Shown here: positions 29,851 to 39,918 of the stretch, piece by piece
Layout of the letters: each line of letters opens with the position of its first letter
How positions within the stretch are numbered: the first letter of the stretch is position 1
From: a virus
IMG/VR virus record: IMGVR_UViG_3300037337_000032
Location: 10,498 to 74,497 of that record
Length of the DNA stretch: 64,000 nt
Strand: one strand, 5' to 3'
Position numbers and translations under genes: made by a program
The notes under the pieces: model-generated
Database searches by the model: none
The model's input: only the letters and a program-made list of their open reading frames with translations
What the model was told of the DNA's origin: nothing

Positions 29851-30243
29851 TTATTTCTTAGAGGCTTTTTTTCGTTCAGCTTCAGACTCTTTTGCATATG
29901 ATAGCATTGCTTCGTTATCTATGCGTTTAATTAAGCTCAGTTCCCAGTCTTCAATCTCTATACCTATGAGATCTAGATAAGCTTTAAGGTCAGAGTACGC
30001 TATAGGGTTGACACCGTAACCATTAGATGATCTTGCATTATTAAGATCTATAAACCAACGCCAGACTTGATTGCAACTTTCTGGTAATTCTTTAATATCA
30101 TCTAGCTCTTTAGGTTTCACACCTGTTTGTCGCCATATGGAGTTTAATTGATCCCGTAAGGAACCAGAGTTACCAGATTTTCTACTTAGCTCAAACTCTT
30201 GCTTTACGAACCCAATAGCATCGTCAATTTCACTCTGAGCGAA
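29851..30243 (-). CDS. tail assembly chaperone C-terminal extension (frameshift product)
   Basis: Frame open from 30246 to 29851, overlapping end of chaperone gene in +1 frame. Confidence 0.7.
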   Translation of the reverse strand, partial: FAQSEIDDAIGFVKQEFELSRKSGNSGSLRDQLNSIWRQTGVKPKELDDIKELPESCNQVWRWFIDLNNARSSNGYGVNPIAYSDLKAYLDLIGIEIEDWELSLIKRIDNEAMLSYAKESEAERKKASKK

Positions 30244-30643
30244 AGTTCAGGAGTTGACCTGATTCCTCCATCACTGCATCTTTAATCCAAGAATATTCAC
30301 TAAAAACTCGCTCTGCATTTTCTTTTGTGAATGCAACCTCTTTACCGTTCTCTGTGATATTTTCCCATCCGATTACACGGACTACGGCAGACTCTACACT
30401 CAGCTCTTCAGCTTCTTCTAGTGTCATATCTTCAGGCTCTTTGCCTCTTCGTTTTGCTTGTTGTTCACGCAGTTTAAATTCTGCGTATTTCTTACGACCA
30501 AAAGCTTTTACTGTTTTAGATTGATCGCCACGTACATTAATAAATACACCAGTAGCTTCACCAGTTCCAGGAAGTTTTAATTCAAACTTATAGCCAACTT
30601 CTGCGATCTCTGTGTAATTATGCTTTGCTAGGTCAAATTTCAT
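30230..30643 (-). CDS. tail assembly chaperone
   Basis: Between tail tube and TMP; VIGWENI...FTKENA; ends NF-RSE; likely start MKFDL after AAGGG. Confidence 0.8.
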   Translation of the reverse strand: MKFDLAKHNYTEIAEVGYKFELKLPGTGEATGVFINVRGDQSKTVKAFGRKKYAEFKLREQQAKRRGKEPEDMTLEEAEELSVESAVVRVIGWENITENGKEVAFTKENAERVFSEYSWIKDAVMEESGQLLNFRSE

Positions 30644-30676
30644 AATACCCTTTCTATTATTTATAAACAAGAAATG

Positions 30677-30705
30677 ATTATAGCATAAATTTCGAGATAA
30701 ATCAA
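30677..30705 (-). promoter_or_regulatory. sigma70 promoter, extended -10
   Basis: TTGATT-17 nt-TATAAT (TGCTATAAT). Confidence 0.7.
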
Positions 30706-30719
30706 GAGGTGCAAATAAA

Positions 30720-30751
30720 GAAAAACCCCTTGGCTTTTGACCAAAGGGTTT
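30720..30751 (-). terminator. Rho-independent terminator after tail tube
   Basis: CCCTTTGGT/GCCAAGGGG stem then T-run on minus strand. Confidence 0.75.
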
Positions 30752-30775
30752 ATTCGTAAGTTATCTGTGCAAGTA

Positions 30776-31981
30776 TTAAGCAGCAGAATCTTGGATTTGA
30801 ATTGTAGTTGCAACTAAACCTGCACTAGTTACATCGTTAAGTAAAGCTTGGAAACTGGTAGATGCGATAATACCGAGTTCGCCGTCATCTTTGGTGAAGC
30901 TACTTAGTTTGACTTTAGGCAGTGTAAAAGTAACGAAGTCAGCAGCAGGGCTACTGTCTACAGTTACGCTAAGTACGATAGCAACAGGTGTTTCACTGTT
31001 GAAGTAACTACGGAAAGTTGAATCTTGGAAGTAAACACTTAGATTGCCAGTAACACGGATACGACCAGTGAAAATCTCAGCAATTGAATTAGAACCTACT
31101 GCTGTTGCATTCTCTGTTGCACGTTCGATTGAAAAGTCAGCAGAAGTTACCAAAGCAACAGGAGCGCCATCTACAAGCATGATACCGTTAACAGCAGCAA
31201 AAATACCATTGGAATTCTGTGCAGTTGGTGAAGTAAAGTACTGAGTTGAACCTGTTTGTGCTAGGTCTTTACCTGCAAATCCGAAGTCTAGTGTAGTTAA
31301 GCCGGTAGCAGGTAGTTGAACAGCCATGCTGTTTATTTTCATACCCGTATAAACTTCAGATTGAGCAATATCGGAGTAGAACTCTTCTACTGTATATGAA
31401 TCATCTGTATGGCCTGAAGCAGGGACGAAGGTTTGCTTTCCTGGCGCAACTAGTGTCACAGCAGATGCAGTAACCTGTGCGGTCATTGTAGAGCTATTTA
31501 GAGGCACTACAGTTAAGTTTGTAGCTGTAATTGCAGCGACTAGCAAGTTCTTTGCATTGTCTGAGGTAGCTGTTAAACCACTAGCACGGACAATCATACC
31601 TACACGAACACCATCAGTTAACCATGAACCTGATGCACGAACAAGTTCGTAAGTACCAGTAGTAGAAGTAACTGTTACTTGAGCAGAAGCGCCTAGACTA
31701 ACAGAAGTAAAATCACGGCCACTAATAGAACCCATGAAATCAGAGTAAGTTAAAGCAGATAACTCACCATTCAGAGAACCTTCAGCGGAACGTACGCCAT
31801 GCCGAAAGTCAGAGACTTGCCGATCTGTGCGAATCTCACCAGACTCATAGGCTTCTTTTACTAAGTTAAAACTTGCAGTTACACGGCGAAGTAATTTAGC
31901 GGATGTTGCACCGGCTACAGTGCCCCAAGTACTTTCTTTCTTGTAAGCAACAACTTTCGATGTACCTTTTGAAATTGGCAT
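30776..31981 (-). CDS. major tail tube protein
   Basis: E.TWG...LRR...SGEIRTDRQ; VTGNLSVYF; synteny. Confidence 0.85.
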   Translation of the reverse strand: MPISKGTSKVVAYKKESTWGTVAGATSAKLLRRVTASFNLVKEAYESGEIRTDRQVSDFRHGVRSAEGSLNGELSALTYSDFMGSISGRDFTSVSLGASAQVTVTSTTGTYELVRASGSWLTDGVRVGMIVRASGLTATSDNAKNLLVAAITATNLTVVPLNSSTMTAQVTASAVTLVAPGKQTFVPASGHTDDSYTVEEFYSDIAQSEVYTGMKINSMAVQLPATGLTTLDFGFAGKDLAQTGSTQYFTSPTAQNSNGIFAAVNGIMLVDGAPVALVTSADFSIERATENATAVGSNSIAEIFTGRIRVTGNLSVYFQDSTFRSYFNSETPVAIVLSVTVDSSPAADFVTFTLPKVKLSSFTKDDGELGIIASTSFQALLNDVTSAGLVATTIQIQDSAA

Positions 31982-32046
31982 ATTATTTTCCTTAATTTAA
32001 ATTTTCAACATTTGCAAATGTACTGATTTAGGTTCAGCAACCTTGA

Positions 32047-32454
32047 TTAGTATGAGTATACTTCTGCAACTAATTGAATTAGTACAGGGCAGATCACTCT
32101 TTCAGATACAATAGTATTACCTGCAATTTGCGGTGTTTTTAGCACATGTATCTTTACATTATCTTCTTCTAGTACTAAACCTTTTGCAAAGTGATTGCGA
32201 ACAAGTTCAGCCTGTGTAATAACTTCAGAAGTACCTTTGTTAGCAGAACCTACAATAAACACCTGTAGAGTTACTCTTTCACGGTGGAAGCCTACGCCTA
32301 GCACAGGATCCTCTGGGGCTTGAATTGTAAATTGAACTCTTTGATATATTGAAGCAGTAGGCTCAAAACTAACTCCCTCCCATGCTGTAGCTAAAGTAGG
32401 AGTCAAAGCAAGTAGCCTACGTTCAGCTGCTCTTTTAATTTGTATAATTGCCAT
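32047..32454 (-). CDS. tail terminator protein
   Basis: AWEGVSFEP, LQVFI...GT...AE.V..HF; synteny. Confidence 0.7.
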   Translation of the reverse strand: MAIIQIKRAAERRLLALTPTLATAWEGVSFEPTASIYQRVQFTIQAPEDPVLGVGFHRERVTLQVFIVGSANKGTSEVITQAELVRNHFAKGLVLEEDNVKIHVLKTPQIAGNTIVSERVICPVLIQLVAEVYSY

Positions 32455-32945
32455 TAACTTTCCTTATAATAATCGTCAAGATGTAATTGATATGTTCTCA
32501 TGACGGAATCAAGTGTAGGCTGCATTATTGGTTGATTTTTATTGTACCTATCAAAATTCTTCTCAAGTTCAATAATATAAGGTCCAAAGTTACTGATCAT
32601 TATAGTTTCACCTAGCTTATAATCATTTAAGTCTGATTTTATAAGTGAAGATGCCATATCGTCAGAACTGTCTCCGTATAGTGCTTGCATCTCAAGAGTG
32701 CCATCTGTAGATACTCTCCAAGAACCTTTAGCAAAACCTTCTATAGGCTCTAGACCGATTAATTGTTGTCGCCTCAAGTACAGATCTTCCCACTTAACTG
32801 AATCACCGATAGGAGTATTATCTATTGCGGTTACCGCTACAATGTATGAGAATTTCTCCACCATACCTTGCATCTTTCTGGTAGCTTCTTCGTGGAAGTC
32901 TTTTAAGCTTTTCTCTAGTGCAGAGGTATTTACTGATATTTGCAT
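32454..32945 (-). CDS. HK97 gp10-like neck/tail completion protein
   Basis: TPIGD...GFAKGSW...ISNFGPYIIELE. Confidence 0.7.
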   Translation of the reverse strand: MQISVNTSALEKSLKDFHEEATRKMQGMVEKFSYIVAVTAIDNTPIGDSVKWEDLYLRRQQLIGLEPIEGFAKGSWRVSTDGTLEMQALYGDSSDDMASSLIKSDLNDYKLGETIMISNFGPYIIELEKNFDRYNKNQPIMQPTLDSVMRTYQLHLDDYYKES

Positions 32946-32947
32946 TA

Positions 32948-33304
32948 CTAACTCTTTACGGCTAATATCTTATATAGAATTATCAGACCATCTGCAGCGT
33001 GTTCAGTTATTGAGTCTATAGTATAAGTAGTAGAATCAAGTGTTATCTTATCTTTAACAGCAGGTGTAAACGCTAGATTATTATTTGCTAGATGAAAAAG
33101 AGCAGAATCTCTTCCAATCATATTCGGAAAGTTATACTGATTAGCTCTTACGTGCTTCTTGTACATTATAAGTTGATAGCTAGTTTCCGTGTTGCTTGTA
33201 GAACTTGTCTCAACATCATAATAACCTTCTTGAACTGCAATATAAGTACAAATTTTACCATGTTGATTTAATGCCTTAACTGTAAGAGCTAAATATCTAT
33301 CCAT
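32948..33304 (-). CDS. head closure protein
   Basis: G.YDVET, P.VKDKI pattern; synteny. Confidence 0.65.
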   Translation of the reverse strand: MDRYLALTVKALNQHGKICTYIAVQEGYYDVETSSTSNTETSYQLIMYKKHVRANQYNFPNMIGRDSALFHLANNNLAFTPAVKDKITLDSTTYTIDSITEHAADGLIILYKILAVKS

Positions 33305-33317
33305 ATACTTCCTTCAG

Positions 33318-33746
33318 TTAAATGCCAAACGAACCAAACCGTGAAGGGTAAGAAGGATTAGTCCTTGAGGTGTAGTACGTATCAGATGGTTGTTTAATTA
33401 TATTATTATCTAAGTTAGCATCATTAGCTCTCATATCGTCCTTAGATATACCGCCTGCATACCCTTGAATCTTATCATACATAGAATTAAGACCTGGACT
33501 CTTAATATATAATTGCAATGCCTGCATATAGTTCTTTGCAGCTGAGGATCCTTTAATACTAAAAATATCTACAGTTTCATCAGTACGCATAGAAAGCTTT
33601 AGAAGAATACTCTTAGCTGAATCCATAGAAGCTCGTTGGATATTCCAATCGTGCTTACCCAAGAAATATGTATACTCGTCATCTGACATAATTGGAAACT
33701 CAGTCGAAACGTCCCCAAGCTCTATTCTCAATGCATGTATTGTCAT
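33318..33746 (-). CDS. head-tail adaptor
   Basis: LRIELGD...MSDDEY.YFL; YAGGIS. Confidence 0.7.
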   Translation of the reverse strand: MTIHALRIELGDVSTEFPIMSDDEYTYFLGKHDWNIQRASMDSAKSILLKLSMRTDETVDIFSIKGSSAAKNYMQALQLYIKSPGLNSMYDKIQGYAGGISKDDMRANDANLDNNIIKQPSDTYYTSRTNPSYPSRFGSFGI

Positions 33747-33912
33747 AGTGTATGTCCTTTAGTGTAGCTAACATAAAAACTGAAATAGTAACATCTAAGT
33801 ATTTAAGTACTATAGCGTAATCTAAGTAATTAAAAAGACTATAGCGTAGTCTGTAAACTTAATAGTACTATAATATAACAATACTAATGCTATATTTCAA
33901 TTCTTATGTTAG

Positions 33913-33929
33913 AAACCCGCCGAAGCGGG
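33913..33929 (-). terminator. terminator after major capsid gene
   Basis: CCCGC-TTCG-GCGGG (UUCG loop) then TTTCT on minus strand. Confidence 0.7.
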
Positions 33930-33948
33930 AATCTAAATTAACTAGCTA

Positions 33949-34962
33949 TTAGTTGCTTGAAAACAAACGAACTAGAGCTTGTGGGCGGCGAACTAGGTTC
34001 AAAAAGTTAGATTCGGTTTGAATCTCAATCTGGCTACCTTTAGGATCGCGGAAAGTGAAAGCATAAGCCTCTTCACCGATGGTGTTAACAAAGTCAAACT
34101 TGTTAGCAGGTGAAAAGTAGCTGATGAACATGTCGCTAGTACCTAGTGGCATTGCGTAAGCATCGCCAGCAGGGATTAGAACAGCACCATTGTAAGAACC
34201 ACGGTATTCAATGTACTCAACACCGCCATGAGTAAAACGACGGTATAGACCAGAGCCTAGACGCTGACGTAGTGGCTCTTGAGTGCTAGAGTAGTACTTG
34301 TAAGCTTCTTTGACGCCAGCTTGAGTAATTAGCTTACCGAAGAAACCAGGTGAGCAAAGGACAGTTACATTACTTACGTTCTCACCAGAGAGGATGTTAT
34401 CCTGAATGTGAGCGATAGCCTCTTCGGACTTACCGAGGACATCCGTACTTGTAGTGCCTAGTACGAAGTCAACCTCTTTGCGGGTAACACCAAAGTCTGT
34501 GTAGTAGTTACCAGCAACAGTACCGTTAGGAGCATAGATAGCACCAGTGGTAATGGCAAAGCAACGGGCAGCTTCTAGTGTAGCAGCGTGGCTACGGCGA
34601 ATACGCTCTAGCTTACGTGCAATAACAGCAGCTTCAGTTTCAGATTGATCTGGAGAGCCATAAGCACGCTTGCCTTGGACGTCTTCAGGCTTGATTGCGT
34701 CATCAAGTGGAAAGTGCGGGATAGCAAATGAACGTAGAGCACGGGTGTCATCTTTGTTTACGTTGTTACGCTCACCACGGACTTTATCGGTAACTAGGCC
34801 GAGAGTACCTTGGCTGGATTCAACGGTAATGCTGTGCTGGGCTACACCTTCATTACGGAAAATTCCGAGTTCGTTGACTAGACCCCATGTGTTTGGAACT
34901 AGGAGTAGTTCTTCGGTATAGTCTACGAGTTCAAATGGTTTTTCAAAACTGCGAGTTTGCAT
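33949..34962 (-). CDS. major capsid protein (lambda gpE family)
   Basis: IPHFPLDDAIKPEDVQG, F.HGGV...EYRG, TESN.L...RPQAL; strong codon bias. Confidence 0.9.
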   Translation of the reverse strand: MQTRSFEKPFELVDYTEELLLVPNTWGLVNELGIFRNEGVAQHSITVESSQGTLGLVTDKVRGERNNVNKDDTRALRSFAIPHFPLDDAIKPEDVQGKRAYGSPDQSETEAAVIARKLERIRRSHAATLEAARCFAITTGAIYAPNGTVAGNYYTDFGVTRKEVDFVLGTTSTDVLGKSEEAIAHIQDNILSGENVSNVTVLCSPGFFGKLITQAGVKEAYKYYSSTQEPLRQRLGSGLYRRFTHGGVEYIEYRGSYNGAVLIPAGDAYAMPLGTSDMFISYFSPANKFDFVNTIGEEAYAFTFRDPKGSQIEIQTESNFLNLVRRPQALVRLFSSN

Positions 34963-35000
34963 TATAATTTCCTTGTTTTATTATTAATATACGTTAGCTA

Positions 35001-35396
35001 TTAAACTGCATCGTTGCTAAGAATACCCTTAGCATCGAAAGCAGCATATACGGCAGCTTTTTCTGAGTCTAGGTTATAACTTGCATCTAGAATTAGACCA
35101 GCTTTAGATACGATAGCAGCACCGCGAACTAAGCATAGAACTCCGGTGGCAGTAGCAGAAGCTACAGTTTTCTCGACCATTACGATTGCATCAGCTACTT
35201 GCGAGCCATCGCTAGCAGTCTGAACTGCAATTTTATATGTACCGTCTGCGGTGACTTTACCTAAGACAGTACCAGGGACTAGGGCAGCGGCAGTACCGTT
35301 GTAGGTAACTACGAGGCGGCAATAACCTGCTTCTGGGAATAACTCTTGTTTGACTACGTTTGAAAGACGAGCGGCTTCTGTTGCGATTAGTGGCAT
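35001..35396 (-). CDS. head decoration protein (lambda gpD-like)
   Basis: GTVLGKVTADG.Y...A.DGSQ.A.AI; upstream of MCP. Confidence 0.85.
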   Translation of the reverse strand: MPLIATEAARLSNVVKQELFPEAGYCRLVVTYNGTAAALVPGTVLGKVTADGTYKIAVQTASDGSQVADAIVMVEKTVASATATGVLCLVRGAAIVSKAGLILDASYNLDSEKAAVYAAFDAKGILSNDAV

Positions 35397-35413
35397 TATA
35401 TTTTCCTTTTAAT

Positions 35414-36664
35414 TTACTTAGCTTGCTTTGCTTGCTTGGCTTTTAACAGTCTAGCTACAGCAGATTCTTTACTGGAGGCTTCTTCAGTAGAAGCACCTTT
35501 TTCTACAAACATATCAGAAGATTCTACAACTTGCATGATTGCTTCAATAGCAAGAACAAATGCAGTAAAATCATCTTCAGATTCTAGTGTCAAACCTGCC
35601 TTAGCGATTGCTTGAACTTTGCTTTCGTCTTTTACGATAGCTTTAATTTTTTCAGTTTTTGCCTTGTTGATAGCTTCTTTTTTATCAGCTTCAAATTTAG
35701 CAATAGTATCCAAGGCTTTTTGTAGTTGTACTTTTTGCTCTTCTAGAGCTTTTTGCACAAGTTCAAACTGAGCTTTTTCTACAGTTTCGACTTTCAATTC
35801 GTCATCCATCTTAGATTTCTCCAATTCTTCTTTGTTAACAGAGGTAGACACCCCTTGGCTTGTCTCAACGCTAGCGTTTGTTGAGGTATCATTATCTTCT
35901 GCAAAAGCAGTAGGTTTAGATTCTGTATCTAGAGACTTCTGTACTTTAGTAAGTGTAGAAGATTTGTGACCTACACGAACATCCGTAGGTTTATCATCTC
36001 TATAAAGTCTAATCAACGTAGCAGGATTATCTTCAGTTCCTTTTACGCTAAAACTTGTATTGGGTACTTTGATTGTTCCGTCTTGTACAATCTTTTCAAT
36101 CTTACCAGTAGCTCTACCACCACTGGAGTTCCATGAAACCATATCACCAACTTTTGGTTTATATGCTTTTTCTAATTTGTCAAATGCTTTTTCGATCAAA
36201 GCTTGATCATTTAATAGTGCTAAGTATTCGTTTTCATCCAACTCAGATAGAACTTGTGAAAGACTCTCAGCACCGTAAGCAGACTTCATTACCTCGTAAG
36301 ATTCTAACCTAGACTGAATGTAATCTTCATGATCTGCATTAGACATCATAGCACCATCAGACATCTTATGCATCGGTTCGTAACCCATCATAAGAGCTAG
36401 TACTTCTGCATCGTCTCCATATAAAGAGAAAAACCTACGAAGAAAATCTGGTAGCTCCATTGTAACGCGAACTTGTTGCATCTTTTGCACAAACTCTTCG
36501 CTGAAATTACTGGCCTTTAATACAAGCTTATAGTCTGCACCAGAAGCAGGACCACCTTGATCTTTAGATACAAGAGCAATATGTGAACCTTCTGCACTAA
36601 AATCGATATTACTTAGTTTGCGCTTAGTCTTAATTGTCTTTTGCGTTGTTTCCAATGTTTGCAT
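35414..36664 (-). CDS. capsid scaffolding protein with inserted Tudor-like (DUF2945-like) domain
   Basis: Coiled-coil C-terminus; insert KVGDMVSWNSSGG...VGHK. Confidence 0.65.
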   Translation of the reverse strand: MQTLETTQKTIKTKRKLSNIDFSAEGSHIALVSKDQGGPASGADYKLVLKASNFSEEFVQKMQQVRVTMELPDFLRRFFSLYGDDAEVLALMMGYEPMHKMSDGAMMSNADHEDYIQSRLESYEVMKSAYGAESLSQVLSELDENEYLALLNDQALIEKAFDKLEKAYKPKVGDMVSWNSSGGRATGKIEKIVQDGTIKVPNTSFSVKGTEDNPATLIRLYRDDKPTDVRVGHKSSTLTKVQKSLDTESKPTAFAEDNDTSTNASVETSQGVSTSVNKEELEKSKMDDELKVETVEKAQFELVQKALEEQKVQLQKALDTIAKFEADKKEAINKAKTEKIKAIVKDESKVQAIAKAGLTLESEDDFTAFVLAIEAIMQVVESSDMFVEKGASTEEASSKESAVARLLKAKQAKQAK

Positions 36665-36678
36665 TGTATTCCTTTATG

Positions 36679-37440
36679 TTATTCATCTGCGTCTTCGACA
36701 TTAGCCAAAGCACCGATAGATATACCTGTAATTTCATCATCTTTAATCATCTGCCAGAGAGTGTCATCGTGTACTTGCAAGGTAATTAGCCATGTGCTTT
36801 TCTTGACGAACTGTCCGTTTAATGTCATGTCACAAGCAGCTAAGTAAGATTCAATAATATCAAAAGTATCTGTCATAACTAAATGAAACAAGTTAGCTCT
36901 CATCATGGACTTATTAAAGGACTCTTTAGCCTTACGAACTTCTTCTTCTGATGTATAATCTCCATGAAGATCTGTGTGATCTGGGAGCATTGCTACATAA
37001 GTAACCTGCTTCAATTCTTCCTCTAAAGCCTTAACTACAGTTAATTTACTGCTGTCATGCACATAAGAACCGCCGGAGCTTTTTGTCAACTCTTCTTGCT
37101 TTAATATTCTTCTAGACCAAGCTACACCTGCAGAGCCACCCCAAAGTAGCCAAGCAATTGTTCCTGCTGTGGGGCCACCATCCTGCATTTTCTTTTCAGG
37201 TTTGTAGTTTTTCTCATGCCTACTGAAGAAAGCTGACATTCTTTTAACAGTATCTAGGCTTAGATTACCATTAATTATATCTCTTGCTCTGGCTACGCCA
37301 GAACCTACACCTTCTTCTTTAGCCTGAGATGCATCTAAACCACCGCGAGAGTATTTCTCTCTCATGGTTAGCCCGCGCTTTGCATTATTCTTCATTGCAT
37401 CGGTGGGAGAAAAGCTTTTAGCTTTATAAATTGTTTCCAT
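36679..37440 (-). CDS. prohead protease (XkdF-like) with extra N-terminal domain
   Basis: PD.TDLHGD, NLFH, IIESY, TW, ITGISIG motifs. Confidence 0.75.
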   Translation of the reverse strand: METIYKAKSFSPTDAMKNNAKRGLTMREKYSRGGLDASQAKEEGVGSGVARARDIINGNLSLDTVKRMSAFFSRHEKNYKPEKKMQDGGPTAGTIAWLLWGGSAGVAWSRRILKQEELTKSSGGSYVHDSSKLTVVKALEEELKQVTYVAMLPDHTDLHGDYTSEEEVRKAKESFNKSMMRANLFHLVMTDTFDIIESYLAACDMTLNGQFVKKSTWLITLQVHDDTLWQMIKDDEITGISIGALANVEDADE

Positions 37441-37470
37441 ATTATCCCTATTTAACGCAATATAAAAATT

Positions 37471-37499
37471 ATTATATCACAATTTTACTAGAAAATCAA
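37471..37499 (-). promoter_or_regulatory. sigma70 promoter for head genes
   Basis: TTGATT-17 nt-TATAAT (TGATATAAT). Confidence 0.7.
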
Positions 37500-37509
37500 G
37501 TATAATAAA

Positions 37510-38517
37510 TTAAACTGCAATTAGTTTTGATATTAATTCTTCTAACTTATTGATTCTTTGCTCTTGTTCTAAGATTCGCTTAGATAATGCTATGGTTGAA
37601 ACTAGTGCTGCATTTCCATAAGCTACCGATAGCCCTCCATTTTCATCCTCAAGCACTGAATTTGGAAGTACTTTTTGTAGTGCTTGGGCAGATACTCCAT
37701 CTTGTGTTATAGCGACATCTAATCTATCGTAAGTGCCGTGTTTAACTCCAGACAGCTGTATAATAAAGTCTTCAGGTAAATCTCTCCAATTTGTCTTAAT
37801 ACGTTCATCAGAATTTGCAGTTATATTACCGCCGCAAGTTAAGTTAGTTCCATTAAAAACTAAATTGGCAGATCCTGCCATCGTTCCTGCGTTGTTGTAA
37901 GCTACCTGAGTTGTAGTTCCAATTACTGAACCACCTAGCGCAGCAGTTGTTACAGCTGTCACTCGACCTTTGGCGTCTACAGTAACAACAGGTACTGCAC
38001 CAGAACTACCATAGCTACCTGCAGTAACCCCAGACGCTGCTAGTGTAGCAATACCTGTTACGGCAGCACTACCGTTAAAACTGCCGCTAGTATAAGTAAC
38101 ATCTCCAGTTAAAGCGATTGTGCGGCCTGTCTGTAGATTAGTTGCAGTAGTTGCATTACCTGTAATACTAGCCGAGCTATCGATATAACCGGCTGGATTA
38201 CTGCTATTGTAAGGAGTATAACCAAGAGCAGTAGTTACATTACTGCTATTAATTTCACTACGTATTGTAGCACTACTTTTATTTTCTACACTTCCAAGAC
38301 CAACGTCACTAGAAACAAGAGATACTTCTCCTGTTTTACCAGCAACTGAAGTAACAGTCCCCGTTAAGAACGAATCAATTGTTCCATTTGCTTTCTTAAA
38401 GTACAACTTGCTATCGGCATAATTAATAGCTAACTCACCAAAATCTAAATCTCCGACTAAAGGTACTTTAGAGACTACGGATGATTTCTTTAATATAATT
38501 TTACTTGACATTTGCAA
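37510..38517 (-). CDS. fibre protein with C-terminal S74 intramolecular chaperone
   Basis: GELAINYAD.KLYFK N-term, VTVDAKGRVT repeat, SDERIKTN...G.SAQ..Q...P..V...Y. Confidence 0.8.
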   Translation of the reverse strand: MQMSSKIILKKSSVVSKVPLVGDLDFGELAINYADSKLYFKKANGTIDSFLTGTVTSVAGKTGEVSLVSSDVGLGSVENKSSATIRSEINSSNVTTALGYTPYNSSNPAGYIDSSASITGNATTATNLQTGRTIALTGDVTYTSGSFNGSAAVTGIATLAASGVTAGSYGSSGAVPVVTVDAKGRVTAVTTAALGGSVIGTTTQVAYNNAGTMAGSANLVFNGTNLTCGGNITANSDERIKTNWRDLPEDFIIQLSGVKHGTYDRLDVAITQDGVSAQALQKVLPNSVLEDENGGLSVAYGNAALVSTIALSKRILEQEQRINKLEELISKLIAV

Positions 38518-38574
38518 TCCTTAATAAAGGTAAAAAGAAAGGCTGTAAAAACCGCCTGTTATCTAGTAAATACT

Positions 38575-39906
38575 TTAGTATGTTCCACCGTCTACTTGAG
38601 ATATAGAAACCAAACCTGCTGTTACTGAAAAGTCAGTACTATCAAACTTAGAGAGACCTAGCACTGAAGTGCTTGCAGTTGGAATAGCACTTGAGCCAGC
38701 TGCAGTTACTAGCCCCTTAGCATTTACTGTAAAGTTAGGAACTGTTACTGAATTACCAAAACTCCCTACATTTCCGTTAACTGTAGTTAGAGTTAACGCA
38801 GCCGATACAGCAGCACTTCCATTTACAGCAGAAAGAGTAGCAGTAGCATCGCCAGTTAAGCTTAGATTACGTGCAGTTTGCCATGTTGTTGCAGTACTAG
38901 CATTACCAACCAGAGCAGCATAAACAGTAGCTACATTTAGATTCTTATTTAAGTTCCAGCGATCATCTACACTTGAATAAGTTAAAGTCGCTGGTACAGT
39001 TGGGCCGATAATAGTTAAGCCACCACCATCAGCACCCGCTGCATCAACAGCATCTTTAGCTAATTCAATATTCTTGTCGCCTACAGCTACAGTAGTACTG
39101 TTTACAGTAGTAGTAGTACCCTGTACAGTTAAGTTCCCTGTAATTACTGCATTGCCTGTTACATTGATATTAGCTGAAGTAATATCATCACTTGTAAAAG
39201 TACCATTTACGTTTACGTTATTAAATACTACGTTACTTGTTGGAGCAACTTCTTGTCCAATCGCTAATGTTACAGTATTATTTGTAACTGTAGCAGCTAC
39301 ACCAGTTCCTCCTACAAAGGTTAGAGTATCTGTTAATAGGTTAACACTGTCTGTACCAGTACCTCCTGCAATGCTAAGGCTACTAGCTACGCTAGCTGTA
39401 CTTACAGCAGTTACTAGACCTTTAGCGTTCACAGTAACAATTGGTATTGTAGAAGCACTACCGTATGTGCCTATACTTGAGTTAACAGTAGCTAGGGTCA
39501 AAGCAGTAGAAAGATTTGAATTACCGTCTACAGCAGCAAAAGTTGCAACAGCATCTCCAGTTAATCCTAGACTACGTGCGTTTAACCATCTTGTAGTTGT
39601 GCTTGAGTTACCAAGCAACGCTGCAGTAATTACGTTAGCTGCAAAGTTGCCTGAAGCATCTCTCTTTACAATAGTACTTACTGTATTATCTGCAGTTCCA
39701 GCATCAAGCATATCAGTATAGCGCTTACCGCCAATGATTGTGTGATTTACTGCATTACCTGAAGTCTCAGTACCAGTTCCTATGTATAATCTGTCGCCAC
39801 CATTTGAGCCATTATCCCCCAAAGAAGAGTAAGCTAGTACGCCCTGTCCTAAGACAGCAGGATTACCAGATACCTCTGATCGTTTGATTCTTAAAATTGA
39901 AGCCAT
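38575..39906 (-). CDS. fibre protein
   Basis: IRIKRS-like N-term, TVNAKGLVT repeats, GNLTVQGTTTTVNST, DGGTY end. Confidence 0.75.
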   Translation of the reverse strand: MASILRIKRSEVSGNPAVLGQGVLAYSSLGDNGSNGGDRLYIGTGTETSGNAVNHTIIGGKRYTDMLDAGTADNTVSTIVKRDASGNFAANVITAALLGNSSTTTRWLNARSLGLTGDAVATFAAVDGNSNLSTALTLATVNSSIGTYGSASTIPIVTVNAKGLVTAVSTASVASSLSIAGGTGTDSVNLLTDTLTFVGGTGVAATVTNNTVTLAIGQEVAPTSNVVFNNVNVNGTFTSDDITSANINVTGNAVITGNLTVQGTTTTVNSTTVAVGDKNIELAKDAVDAAGADGGGLTIIGPTVPATLTYSSVDDRWNLNKNLNVATVYAALVGNASTATTWQTARNLSLTGDATATLSAVNGSAAVSAALTLTTVNGNVGSFGNSVTVPNFTVNAKGLVTAAGSSAIPTASTSVLGLSKFDSTDFSVTAGLVSISQVDGGTY

Positions 39907-39918
39907 TATTTTCCTTGG

